64,000 nt of DNA from contig CAZIDG010000011.1 of NCBI GenBank assembly GCA_964538065.1, positions 4,930 through 68,929 on the forward strand, in the 5' to 3' direction. How positions within the stretch are numbered: position 1 is the stretch's first letter; every line of letters starts with the position of its first letter. The DNA is from an uncultured Verrucomicrobiota bacterium. Its GTDB lineage: Bacteria; Verrucomicrobiota; Verrucomicrobiia; Limisphaerales; UBA1319. Both the position numbers and the translations under genes were made by a program. Below the pieces are notes generated by a model. It did not search any database. It saw only the letters and a list, made by a program, of their open reading frames with translations, and had not been told where the DNA came from. Positions 1-9,538 of the stretch are shown here, piece after piece.

Positions 1-991
1 TGGCGGGGATTTTATCATAGCCCAGCATCACCCCGAGAACACCAGCCGCACTGGAGGGATTGCAGTCCGAGTCCTGCCCGCATCGTGTGGAGATTTCCAT
101 GGTCTTTTCAAAGTCTCGTCCCCCAAATAACAATCCAAAAGCAATGTAAGCACCATTGAGTTTGGCATCGATATTGAAGGGCGATTGAACACCATCAGGG
201 CACGCATCGTCCTTGTTCCACTTGTCTTCAACCAGGTGCCACACCTTTTTCCAGTCATTCGGATATGCTGCCGACCAGTCGAGCAAATCCCTGATCAACA
301 AGGCATATTGACTCTGGGCGGGAATGCAGGCCAGCCCCCCCTCCACCACCTTGCGTGGGTCATTTTCAAAATAGGCTGTTGAATACATGCCGCAGACGAA
401 CATCCCACCATACAAACCGTCGCCATAATTCATCACCCGCCCGACGCGGTCACAGTATTTGTTGGATTCCTTGGGCAGGCCAGGACACATCAGACCAATG
501 AAGTCCGCCTCAATTTGGAAATCGATGTCATTGGCATGGAAATTATATCTGGGTTGGCCGGAACCAGGCGCCTTGATGCCCTGGTTCAAGGCTCGTCGTG
601 CACCAGCATTGGCGTGCCACAGGAGGAATTTTGAGTTTTTAAAGGCCTCGCCGTATTGCTCACACGTTGCATTGAGCCCCAAATCGTCCATGACCTTGGC
701 AAAGGTCATCTCCACATAAAGATCATCCTGGTGAATGGTGTTTTCCAACATGCCATTCTTCCAAACCATTTCCCATTCTCCAATTTGCCCGTTGGATTTG
801 AATTCTGTCGGTGCCCCATAGGCCACACCAATCATTTGTCCTGCCCACCCGCCCTTGATTTTGTCCAGCAGGTCGGTGCGGGAAATGGTTTGTGTCTGAG
901 CCGCCAGCATTTGACAGGCACATGCCAGGAGAATGGCCAGCGGTGCGAGCCAACGCCCGCGGCGCATCTTTGAAGTAAACAAGGGGGTCAT
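1..991 (-). CDS. ADP-ribosylglycohydrolase family protein, secreted or lipoprotein; C-terminal end runs off the left window edge
   Basis: Absent from the supplied ORF track because there is no stop inside the window. Manual minus-strand translation from ATG 991 (alt ATG 967) stays open to base 1: MTPLFTSKMRRGRWLAPLAILLACACQMLAAQ..LLDKIKGGWAGQMIGVAYGAPTEF..YGDGLYGGMFVCGMY..STRCGQDSDCNPSSAAGVLGVMLGYDKIP. It has a signal peptide/lipobox-like LLAC. The N-terminal G-rich motif and C-terminal 'GQDSDCN' motif resemble the metal-site motifs of the DraG/ARH fold. Confidence 0.7.
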   Translation of the reverse strand, partial: MTPLFTSKMRRGRWLAPLAILLACACQMLAAQTQTISRTDLLDKIKGGWAGQMIGVAYGAPTEFKSNGQIGEWEMVWKNGMLENTIHQDDLYVEMTFAKVMDDLGLNATCEQYGEAFKNSKFLLWHANAGARRALNQGIKAPGSGQPRYNFHANDIDFQIEADFIGLMCPGLPKESNKYCDRVGRVMNYGDGLYGGMFVCGMYSTAYFENDPRKVVEGGLACIPAQSQYALLIRDLLDWSAAYPNDWKKVWHLVEDKWNKDDACPDGVQSPFNIDAKLNGAYIAFGLLFGGRDFEKTMEISTRCGQDSDCNPSSAAGVLGVMLGYDKIPA

Positions 992-1046
992 GGTTTTGGG
1001 TCTTTCTTGTTTTGGTGTTTATGATTCATCAAGTGATTGCGTGCCA

Positions 1047-2093
1047 TCATTTAAATTGCTCAGGTTTTTCCGTCGTATCACCAGGCTTGCGTTTCACTGT
1101 CGCGCCGCAGGATGCCCGGATGATCAATTGCGTGGGTAAAACAACCTGACGGATCATCCGTCCAGGGTCTTGAATGCGATCCAGCAGCAGACGGCCTGCA
1201 GTGCGCCCTAATTCCTCTGCGGGTTGCGCCACTGCCGTCAATGGAGGCAATAGCGTGGCAGCCCAGGGCATGTCGTCAAAACCGATCACCGCCACATCGC
1301 CTGGAATGCGCAAACCGGCCGCATGGATGGCCTGCAAGGCCCCCAAGGTCATCAGGTTGTTGGCGATCAACACGGCCCGGGGATGCGGTGTTTGCTTCAA
1401 CAGGCCGTTCATGGCCGCATAGCCACCGGCCTGCCGGAAATCTCCAAAGGCCACAAAGGATTTACGTTCCGTTAATCCTGCAGCTTGAAGGGCATCGCGA
1501 AAGCCAGCCAACCGCTCCTGGGATACATCCAGATTTCTGGGCCCGTTGATCAGGGCAATCCCGGTATGTCCCAGCCGTAATAGATGCTCCACAGCCATTC
1601 GAGCCCCCTCCCGATTGGTGACACATACCAAATCCGTCTCAAGCCCACGCGGAGATCGATCCACCGCCACAACCGGTACTTTCCACAAGCGAAGAACGTC
1701 ATACCGCGCCTCAGACTCGTTGCCCGGAATCAATACCAATCCCGCTATCCCCTCCCCGCGCAACACGCCAAAATGCACCTCTTCTCGTTCAGCCAAGCCA
1801 TCCGAATGGCACAGCAACAGGGTGTAACCAGCCGAACACAGCACGCTTTCCAGGCCAGCAACAACTCCGGTAAAAAACGGATTCTGAAGGTCAGGAATGA
1901 TCAATCCAACCACCTTGCGCTGACGCGCCCGCAAACCCGCCGCCAACCGATTGGGTTGAAAATCCAAGTCGCGCACTGCCTGCTCAACTCTTGCGCGCAC
2001 CGTGGGACCTGCACCTTTCCGCCCCGCCAGAACCCGGGATACCGTGGCAGTGGACACACCCGCCCGCTCGGCAACCTCCTTCATGGTTGCCAT
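1047..2093 (-). CDS. LacI family transcriptional regulator
   Basis: N-terminal HTH 'MATMKEVAERAGVSTATVSRVLAG', followed by a periplasmic-binding-protein-like sugar-sensing domain (..VGLIIPDLQNPFF.., ..IGFDD..). The ORF track extends to 2135; ATG 2093 gives the canonical LacI N-terminus. Confidence 0.9.
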   Translation of the reverse strand: MATMKEVAERAGVSTATVSRVLAGRKGAGPTVRARVEQAVRDLDFQPNRLAAGLRARQRKVVGLIIPDLQNPFFTGVVAGLESVLCSAGYTLLLCHSDGLAEREEVHFGVLRGEGIAGLVLIPGNESEARYDVLRLWKVPVVAVDRSPRGLETDLVCVTNREGARMAVEHLLRLGHTGIALINGPRNLDVSQERLAGFRDALQAAGLTERKSFVAFGDFRQAGGYAAMNGLLKQTPHPRAVLIANNLMTLGALQAIHAAGLRIPGDVAVIGFDDMPWAATLLPPLTAVAQPAEELGRTAGRLLLDRIQDPGRMIRQVVLPTQLIIRASCGATVKRKPGDTTEKPEQFK

Positions 2094-2277
2094 CGGTTTT
2101 CCGCCGCTGAATGCCTTGCGGATGGGGTGTTGCATCGTTGTTGGGTCTTTACGTAATCGTTTACATGCGCCGTGTCAAACAGGAAATCCATTCATTATGT
2201 TTTATGCTGATTTGCTCGTTTTTAAATGAGCAATCGATTTCTTTTTCGGGATCCCAATATGCGCTTTGCGCCCCCTG

Positions 2278-4248
2278 TTACCTGCTTGATTCCTTCTCTA
2301 AGTGCACACGGATTAAACCAAAGAAGGTATACGGATCCACCACCTCTATCTGCGCCTCAGGATGCCTCTCTCTCAGGATCTCGGACACGCGGGCATACCA
2401 TCCGGGCGATTTCAGAATGCTCCTTGCCCACAGAAATGCAGGGCCTGTACGCGGCGCCAGCGCACGTTGCGCAATGATGTTGGCAGCCGCCTCTGCCTGG
2501 TCGGGTAAATCCACTTCGGGACATGTGGGCATTCCACCCAGCATTTTGGGGCCATCTTCAAAATGTGTTCCTGCTCCATCGGGTGAAAAATGCTGGTATG
2601 CTTCGTATTCCGTGGTCGTGGAGCTCCCCCCGGATCCGTCCAGAATAAAACCGGTGATCGATATATCCCATTGTCGATAATAACGCTCACAATGCCGCCT
2701 CCATGCATCCAATCCCGGTGGAAGTTTGGATTCCGGTCGCACAGTCAGGGCGCGCGCATTGAGATAACCCGCCCCGGAATCGCCTGCAATGAACCAATCA
2801 TTTGTGGTGGCCATCCTTCGGGCAAAGACCATCGCCTGCGGTGCACGATCAGCCAGGTTGGGGTTGAACGCCCACCCCACCGGCACTTTTCCCAGGGATG
2901 GATCCCGCATGAAGGCAGGCACTGCTTTGTATAGCCATGCTGCCGAATCATAATCCCCCCCATAGTGTCCCACATAGAGGATCGGCTTGACCTTTTGTTC
3001 AGATGTCACAAAACCCCTTCGCTCCCAGTCCTTTATGGTGGACTTTGAGGCATGTTGAGGATATTTGCCCGCCAGCGGGTAGTGCTGGAAAAACGATGCA
3101 TTTGCCATGGCGGAGAGTCCTGCGGCATCCGCCTCCATGTATCCATTGTATTGGGATATGAGACGTCCGAATTCCCATTCCGTGGGAACGCCGCCATGTT
3201 TGCCGCCAACCCCGCCATGGTCTGTATATTTGTATGGCCAGGGTGGGAAACCGCCCACTTTGATAATCCCTCCGTGACGCGCCCTTGAGATGGCCCCCAT
3301 CACCTCCAGAAACACCGTGCGGTCCAATCCCATCGGTTGGTCAGGATCGTCATTTGGCTTTTCGTCCCCCCAGGGTGAAAGGTCAAAAAAGAAGGCCTTA
3401 TGCGCCATAAAATAGTCCTGGTTGCACAGCGTGTGCAAATCCACTCCCCCATTGGTGGCGTTTCGGAGCCAGTGACTATCGATGTAATAGCCTGCATAGG
3501 CAGGATTGCACTTGGGCAGGTATCGTGCCAACGCCCATCGGTAAACATCCGCTTTGGCACTTCCGCTGGAGGGCAGATCAACATCCGGTATCCGGCCTTT
3601 ACCCGTAAATTTGGATGTCCCATCAGGCTGGACCAGCCACACCTTGACCGGGATGCCTTTGCTTTGCGTAAGCCGTTGAAACAGCGAATGGGGCGATGAA
3701 TCGAACCTCACCGGCAACAATTTGTCACACCCGGCAATCGTCGAAGCCGCATTGGCAGTCGCCGGCACGGCAGAATCATACACCACTAATCCATGGTATT
3801 GTCCCCTGAATGTGTCCAGAATCGCATCCAGGGAAGGCAAGGGTTCGATCGGTGCATTTTTAAGCCATCCGTCTTCGTTTTTGAGCCAGTCGAACCAAAA
3901 TTGATCGGTATCAACACCAAATTCCGTGCAATAGAAGACATACAAACGGGCACGATCGCCATTGGCCAGTCCTTGAAGAGCCGCCAATACATGCCAATCA
4001 TCCCAGGCCTTCGTAAGTGCCAGCCGGTCGTTCAGGTTCACCTTCCTCCATGGCCGGGCATCAAAAGTGTAAACGGTCGAAGAAACGGAGCCTGCCCCTC
4101 TTTCAGCGCTCGCCCATGTCTTCTCCCCAGGCGATCCAATTCCAAACAGGAGGCACAGCAATAAACAAAGAGAATGGCCACCACTCCTTGTGAAGAGGCT
4201 CAAGCTCCAAAACTTGAAGCCCGCAATATGCTTTTGTTTTTCAGTCAT
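2278..4248 (-). CDS. Secreted hypothetical protein, GxGYxYP-like putative glycoside hydrolase (function uncertain)
   Basis: Long ORF (track 2278..4482). The preferred start is ATG 4248 (MTEKQKH..HSLCLLLCLLFGIGSP, signal-like), because the upstream extension would overlap the divergent exosortase gene. The internal 'FIAGDSGAGYLNARAL' resembles the GxGYxYP family signature. Assignment is by motif only. Confidence 0.55.
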   Translation of the reverse strand: MTEKQKHIAGFKFWSLSLFTRSGGHSLCLLLCLLFGIGSPGEKTWASAERGAGSVSSTVYTFDARPWRKVNLNDRLALTKAWDDWHVLAALQGLANGDRARLYVFYCTEFGVDTDQFWFDWLKNEDGWLKNAPIEPLPSLDAILDTFRGQYHGLVVYDSAVPATANAASTIAGCDKLLPVRFDSSPHSLFQRLTQSKGIPVKVWLVQPDGTSKFTGKGRIPDVDLPSSGSAKADVYRWALARYLPKCNPAYAGYYIDSHWLRNATNGGVDLHTLCNQDYFMAHKAFFFDLSPWGDEKPNDDPDQPMGLDRTVFLEVMGAISRARHGGIIKVGGFPPWPYKYTDHGGVGGKHGGVPTEWEFGRLISQYNGYMEADAAGLSAMANASFFQHYPLAGKYPQHASKSTIKDWERRGFVTSEQKVKPILYVGHYGGDYDSAAWLYKAVPAFMRDPSLGKVPVGWAFNPNLADRAPQAMVFARRMATTNDWFIAGDSGAGYLNARALTVRPESKLPPGLDAWRRHCERYYRQWDISITGFILDGSGGSSTTTEYEAYQHFSPDGAGTHFEDGPKMLGGMPTCPEVDLPDQAEAAANIIAQRALAPRTGPAFLWARSILKSPGWYARVSEILRERHPEAQIEVVDPYTFFGLIRVHLEKESSR

Positions 4249-4429
4249 TTTGACACTCTTGGAACCCATGAAGGGCAGCATGAAAACTGGCCGTGACTTT
4301 GGCAAAGAAAAATCCACGCCCGTGCAAAATTGTTTCGTAGAAACCGTTTGCAGGCCAAGGGGTAATCTGGTACCAGTTTGATTTGTATTATTCATTGGTG
4401 ATGAGTTCGTCTCATTTGCCGGATCAGGT

Positions 4430-6154
4430 ATGCCAGACACGTTTAACGACAAGACCAGGAACATAGCGTCCACCACGACCACGCCCCCACAAGGAAGTCA
4501 GTCTGCGGGAGCATCAAATGCATTGGGTGGGCGCCCTGCTTTGCCCGTCTGGATTTACCTTGGAGGTGGCTTGTTGTTGTTGGGGCATGTGCCAGTATTG
4601 CTGGCCTTTTTTGCCAACCTGTGGGGTAAACCTCATTACCAATTCTTCCCGCTGGCCATGTTGGCGTCCGCCTTTCTTGGATATACCGCCTTGAAGCGCA
4701 TGCCCAATCCCTTTGAAGCCAGCAATTCCTGGGCATCGGGCTGTCTCCTGGGCGTGGCTTTGGCGCTATTGGGCCTCAATATTGTCATGTGGTCACCATG
4801 GTTGGGAGCCATCGCCACCTTGTTCAGCTTGCTGGGGTGCATTTTATGGCTGGGAGGCTGGCCGCTCCTTTGGGCGTTGTTCCCGGCCATTCTCATGCTG
4901 CTTACCATGATCCCGCCCCCCCTCAGTTACGACATGCGGTTGACGCTCGGATTGCAGCGGCTTGGGGTGCGTTGGAGCAGCACTTTCATGGATTTGCTCA
5001 ACATCCCGCACACCATTCTGGGCAACACCATTGAAATTCCGGGACACCGCCTGCTGGTCGACGAAGCCTGCAGCGGCATTAATTCCGTGCTTTCCGTTTC
5101 GGCGTTCGCTCTCTTTTTCGGCATGTGGCGCAAACGAGCGGTTTGGAAAATCATCATCGCCATGGTAACGGGCCTGGCGTTTGTGTTGATGGGCAACCTG
5201 GTGCGCATCATGTCGGGTGCCTATCTCAAATATTTTGAGAACATCGATATTTTGAGCAGCTGGAAGCATGATCTGAGCGGTTTGATTCTTTTTGCCATTT
5301 ATCTGGGATTGGTCGTCAGCTTTTACCGTCTTCTCGATTTCTTCGGATGGTTTGTGAATCAATGGTGGAAACGACGACGACGCTCCCTGGGTGTAAGTGA
5401 CGATTCCGATGAGGTTGAGGATGCATCCCCCTCCATCTCCGCCCCCAGCGTGGGACATCGTGTTTTTTCACCCGTGGTCGTTTTTGGCGCCGCCATCCTA
5501 TTTGCAGCAGTGGGCGTCATCCATGGCTATCAAACCTGGACCCAGCGAGCACGCCTGATGCAGATGGCCAAGATCGACATACTCCCTGCCGCCTTGAAGG
5601 GCGGTGGCCAATTCGATTTGCCGGTTGATGTCGGCCCCTGGCACCGCATCGAAATGAAGGAGAAAAAGGCTCAGCGCCTGGAAACCATCGCCCAGTACTC
5701 CCATTATTGGGCCTATCAAAATGGCCCCATGGTCGTCTACGTAGCCTTGGATTTCCCATACCAGGAGGCCCACGATTTGACCGTGTGCTATGTCAATTCA
5801 GGATGGATCGTCAGCGACCGTAAACGTCTGGCAACCCCTCCTCAAAAGATGACGGGGCAGACGCAACAGGTCGAAGCGGAGCAACCTTTCATGCAGCTGC
5901 GCATGGAAAAACCGCCGCTGGTCTTTGGATCGCTCTGGTTTTCACATCTCAATACGGTGGGCCAGTGGGTTGATCTGCCGGATCGCTTTGCCAAGCCTGA
6001 TCCACACCCCACTTTCCAGGTGCAGCTCCTTGCCTATAACTATTCGGCCATCGACGACAGCCAGATGCAGGCCCTGACAGACTTGTTCCTGCAAGTCCGC
6101 CAGACCCTGGGACAACAGATCATGGCAAAACTCAATGGGAGCAACAAACCATGA
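4430..6154 (+). CDS. Exosortase family protein fused to a C-terminal EpsI-like periplasmic domain
   Basis: Polytopic membrane N-terminal half carrying the exosortase active-site context 'LLVDEACSGINSVLSV' (~5054-5100). An R-rich linker and one further TM (VVVFGAAILFAAVGVIHGY) follow, then a ~190-aa soluble domain, as in EpsI-type partners. Confidence 0.8.
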   Translation: MPDTFNDKTRNIASTTTTPPQGSQSAGASNALGGRPALPVWIYLGGGLLLLGHVPVLLAFFANLWGKPHYQFFPLAMLASAFLGYTALKRMPNPFEASNSWASGCLLGVALALLGLNIVMWSPWLGAIATLFSLLGCILWLGGWPLLWALFPAILMLLTMIPPPLSYDMRLTLGLQRLGVRWSSTFMDLLNIPHTILGNTIEIPGHRLLVDEACSGINSVLSVSAFALFFGMWRKRAVWKIIIAMVTGLAFVLMGNLVRIMSGAYLKYFENIDILSSWKHDLSGLILFAIYLGLVVSFYRLLDFFGWFVNQWWKRRRRSLGVSDDSDEVEDASPSISAPSVGHRVFSPVVVFGAAILFAAVGVIHGYQTWTQRARLMQMAKIDILPAALKGGGQFDLPVDVGPWHRIEMKEKKAQRLETIAQYSHYWAYQNGPMVVYVALDFPYQEAHDLTVCYVNSGWIVSDRKRLATPPQKMTGQTQQVEAEQPFMQLRMEKPPLVFGSLWFSHLNTVGQWVDLPDRFAKPDPHPTFQVQLLAYNYSAIDDSQMQALTDLFLQVRQTLGQQIMAKLNGSNKP

Positions 6155-7593
6155 TTTCTTTTTTTAAATGGATTTTTCAAAGTTGGTGGGCAAGCGGCGT
6201 GCTCCAACGTCTGGCTCCCGGCCTGCCAGCCGCCATCGTGTGTCTCGCATGGCTGCCTTTCGCCTATCTGATCCTGGGTTGGACACCGGTTCACATGAAA
6301 GGTCATTATATCGAGGTGGCTAACGCCGCCCTGAATGGGACCAATTACGAGACCGCACGCGTCGCTTACGAACGACTCATTCAGCTCAGTCCCAAAGACC
6401 GGGATGCGTACACCTTTGGTCTTGCCCGCAGCATTATGGGGTTGGGCCGCACCAATGAAGCCCTTGCATTGTTTGATCGTTTGATGCCTCAGGATGCCCC
6501 CGGCTATCTTCCTGCCCGCATGTATGTGGCGCGTCAATTGACCTCCATTTCCAACCCTCCCCCCGAAGCGCTGAGCATGGCCTTGACTCACCTTCGCATG
6601 ATCAAGGCCTTTGAACCTAAAAACACGGAGGCCATTGACCAGCTTGCCCAACTCTACCTGCGCATCAATAAGTATGAGGATGCCAAGCGCGAGTTGCTCG
6701 AGTTGGTGGGCAGCCGGCCGGATTTGTCCCTTTCCCTGTCTGCAGTCTGCGCTGCCTTGAATGACGATGACGGTTCACGCAAATGGGCCGAACGCGCCGC
6801 AAGTCATTTTCAAACCCAGGTTGAAGTGCGTCCTGGCAGTGTCGAGATGCGCCTCAAGCTGTGCGATTCCATGCTCCTGCTCAAACGATATGCCGATGCC
6901 TTGTCCATCGCCCAGGAAGGATTGAAACGTTTCGGCGGACCAGGCTGGAGGCTCATGGTGTCACGCGTCTGTTCGACCTGGCTGGCCGCGCTGCCCGACA
7001 ACAAAGACACCATGGCGAACCGCTTGGAGCTGGTGCAAATTGGCCTGCTCAACAACCCGATGAACGAGCCCCTCCTGCGGGAGCTGATCCGGATCTCGCA
7101 CATGGAGGGCGCTCAAGGAGACACGGCCCGAAGCACCCTGACAGGTTTTCTCGCCGAAGGCAAAGGCACCGCATTGCTGCATGTCTGTCTGGGCCTGGAT
7201 GCCTGGGAGCGCCAAAAAACCGACTTGGCTCGCGAGCATTTCTCCGTCGCTTTCTCGCTTACACCCCAGATGCCCACGGTCGCCAATAACATGGCCATGA
7301 TCCTGATCATGAGCACCCCTCCCGATCCCGATCGTGCCCTGAACATCATCAATGCCGTGCTGGATAAGTATCCTAATGCCGCCATCTTTCACGAAACACG
7401 GGGACAAATCCTGGTCAAATTGGGACGATGGCGCGAGGCGCTCCTGGATCTTGAATTCGCTCTTTCGAGTTCCAAGGGTGGCGCGGGCCTGCATCGAGCC
7501 ATGGCCGAAGCCTGTGATAATCTGGGCATGAAGGAGCTTGCGGCCAAACACCGCGAGTTGGCGTCAGCCCCTGCCACAACCACGGCCCAATAA
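6151..7593 (+). CDS. TPR repeat protein with N-terminal membrane anchor
   Basis: The start overlaps the exosortase stop (ATGA at 6151-6154), so the two are translationally coupled. It has an N-terminal TM (LPAAIVCLAWLPFAYLILGW). Helical repeats are rich in A/L/Y/N, e.g. 'YETARVAYERLIQLSPKDRDAY' and 'REALLDLEFAL'. Confidence 0.8.
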   Translation: MISFFKWIFQSWWASGVLQRLAPGLPAAIVCLAWLPFAYLILGWTPVHMKGHYIEVANAALNGTNYETARVAYERLIQLSPKDRDAYTFGLARSIMGLGRTNEALALFDRLMPQDAPGYLPARMYVARQLTSISNPPPEALSMALTHLRMIKAFEPKNTEAIDQLAQLYLRINKYEDAKRELLELVGSRPDLSLSLSAVCAALNDDDGSRKWAERAASHFQTQVEVRPGSVEMRLKLCDSMLLLKRYADALSIAQEGLKRFGGPGWRLMVSRVCSTWLAALPDNKDTMANRLELVQIGLLNNPMNEPLLRELIRISHMEGAQGDTARSTLTGFLAEGKGTALLHVCLGLDAWERQKTDLAREHFSVAFSLTPQMPTVANNMAMILIMSTPPDPDRALNIINAVLDKYPNAAIFHETRGQILVKLGRWREALLDLEFALSSSKGGAGLHRAMAEACDNLGMKELAAKHRELASAPATTTAQ

Positions 7594-7632
7594 TCCAAAT
7601 CCAGGTTGCCCCAGCCCCATAATGCTGCGGCG

Positions 7633-8379
7633 TCATTGATCCAGCATGCGCCTCACCAGGGCAACGGCCTTTTCGTCCGTTGCCCCAAACCGGTCCTCGG
7701 GCGGCGTAAGCGATCCGCCAAAGGATACTTGGGGACGACCGCGCGTGGATCCATCAACCGCCGATGTCGAAAGTGATGCATGTACTTGACTGCATCCACT
7801 GCGTTCAACGACGTCCTTCAGGGTAAAACGATTGATTCCTCCAGCCGGCAAAATCTCAATCCGTCCCGCAGCCTGTTCAATAAACTCGCGAATGCGAACT
7901 GCCCCATTGTAAGCGCTTGCCTCCTGACCCGACGTCATGACCCGGCGCACCCCCAACTCAATGAGTTGTTCCAGGGCTTTCTGGGGATCGGCCACGACAT
8001 CGAAGGCTCTGTGAAACACCACTGTCCGTCCCTGGGCGAGCGAGACGATTTGCCGACAGCGCGGAAGATCAAGGGTCCCCTCGGATGTCAGAATGCCAAA
8101 AGCAATCCCATCGGCCCCTTGTTCCAGGGCCATCTCAACATCCCTTTGCATGACGCAAAACTCCGTGGCGCTATAGCAAAATCCACTCGCACGCGGACGG
8201 ATCATCGATAGGATCGGTATCTGCACACGCTGACGTGCTTCCTTCAAGGTTCCAGCGCTCGGAGTCAGCCCTCCCAACATCAAGGCACTATTCAGCTCAA
8301 CACGATCCGCTCCAGCAGCTTGAGCCGTCATGCAATCCTCCACCGAGGCCGCACAGATTTCCAGGATGATCCTTGCCAT
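7633..8379 (-). CDS. cutC: Copper homeostasis protein CutC family
   Basis: 'ILEICAASVEDCMTAQAAGADRVELNSALMLGGLTPSAG..IRPR..FCYS..VFHRAFD..MTSGQ' aligns along its whole length with E. coli CutC. Confidence 0.85.
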   Translation of the reverse strand: MARIILEICAASVEDCMTAQAAGADRVELNSALMLGGLTPSAGTLKEARQRVQIPILSMIRPRASGFCYSATEFCVMQRDVEMALEQGADGIAFGILTSEGTLDLPRCRQIVSLAQGRTVVFHRAFDVVADPQKALEQLIELGVRRVMTSGQEASAYNGAVRIREFIEQAAGRIEILPAGGINRFTLKDVVERSGCSQVHASLSTSAVDGSTRGRPQVSFGGSLTPPEDRFGATDEKAVALVRRMLDQ

Positions 8380-8446
8380 GTCTTTATATCGCCTTGAACG
8401 TTAACCAAGTCTGATACCCTATGACACCACCCCAATGACAAATGCA

Positions 8447-8471
8447 TAACACACTATTATTCAGTGTGTTA
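8447..8471. repeat. Perfect 9-bp inverted repeat TAACACACT-N7-AGTGTGTTA
   Basis: Read directly. It lies between the AraC-family gene stop (8531) and the cutC start (8379). Confidence 0.9.
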
Positions 8472-8530
8472 CACTTATTTCATCTCATGCTACCCGAAGT
8501 GAACTCAATAAGCCCACCCTGCCTAGCCCC

Positions 8531-9484
8531 TCACAGGGCTCGCAGTCGAAATTGCCGTGGGGACAATCCCATGACTTTCCGGAATTGTCGGGTGAAATAA
8601 TTGCTGTCGCTAAATCCCACCTTGAAAGCGATATCCGTAATGCTGTCTTTTTCCGATGCCAGCAGTTTTGCTGCTCGATTGATCCGCAGTTGTATGAGAT
8701 AGGCGATGGGCGTTTTGTCGGTGGCAGCCTTGAAGGTCCTTAAAAAACTGCGTTTGGACATACCCGCCTGATTGGCCATATCGTCCAGATTTATCTCCTG
8801 ATCGTATTTGGTTTCCAATTGGCTGATGGTTTCGCCAATCCGCAGCAAGGCACGCGAGTCCGGATTGCGGCTTTGGGCATAGCACCTCGAGAGATTCCCC
8901 ATGAGCAGCATGAACATGGCGGTGGCCATAAAGGCAAAACCAGGCGCACGCGCCTTGAGTTCCTTATCCAGATGATCAATGAGCCCGACCACCACCCCCA
9001 ACTCGGCTGGCGCAAGGTGAAGACGACTCTTGAATTTATGACGCCGACGCCAGGCTGGTTCAAGCGTGTACAGGGCGTGGTAACCCGGCAAGGCGGCCAG
9101 GTCCTTCAAGTCCATTTGCAGCTTCTGCGGCTGAAACAACAAATTGATCAGCGATAAATTATCAAGCCCCTCGTAGTGGTGCGGACGGTGTCCGCTTATG
9201 ATGAACACATCCCCTGCCGCCAAAGGCCATGATTCCGAACCAGTAACATGCATCCCTTTGCCGCCAAGGATCACGACCAGTTCGGAAAACTCGTGTGTGT
9301 GCGGTCCAAAAGGTTCTTGAGGATTGCGTCTTTCAACAGCGATTGGAAATCCATCGCTATGAAACCATTCCTCTGTTTTCAGCATCCGATGCATATGACG
9401 TACGTCACTCACAGTATGTCCATCCCCAAGTTGCCCGTATGTTGGCACCATTGTGCTTGTCTGTGGCATTATCGTCAAGGACAA
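8531..9484 (-). CDS. AraC family transcriptional regulator (cupin sensor + HTH), RhaR/RhaS-like by context
   Basis: N-terminal cupin domain (HTHEFSELVVILGGKGMHV) and C-terminal AraC double HTH (..ITDIAFKVGFSDSNYFTRQFRKVMGLSPRQFR). Divergent from rhaA. Confidence 0.9.
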   Translation of the reverse strand: MSLTIMPQTSTMVPTYGQLGDGHTVSDVRHMHRMLKTEEWFHSDGFPIAVERRNPQEPFGPHTHEFSELVVILGGKGMHVTGSESWPLAAGDVFIISGHRPHHYEGLDNLSLINLLFQPQKLQMDLKDLAALPGYHALYTLEPAWRRRHKFKSRLHLAPAELGVVVGLIDHLDKELKARAPGFAFMATAMFMLLMGNLSRCYAQSRNPDSRALLRIGETISQLETKYDQEINLDDMANQAGMSKRSFLRTFKAATDKTPIAYLIQLRINRAAKLLASEKDSITDIAFKVGFSDSNYFTRQFRKVMGLSPRQFRLRAL

Positions 9485-9538
9485 CCCCCCTTTTGTTGCC
9501 TAAACTGACCAGACTAAGAAAATTCCAATATACAAGAT

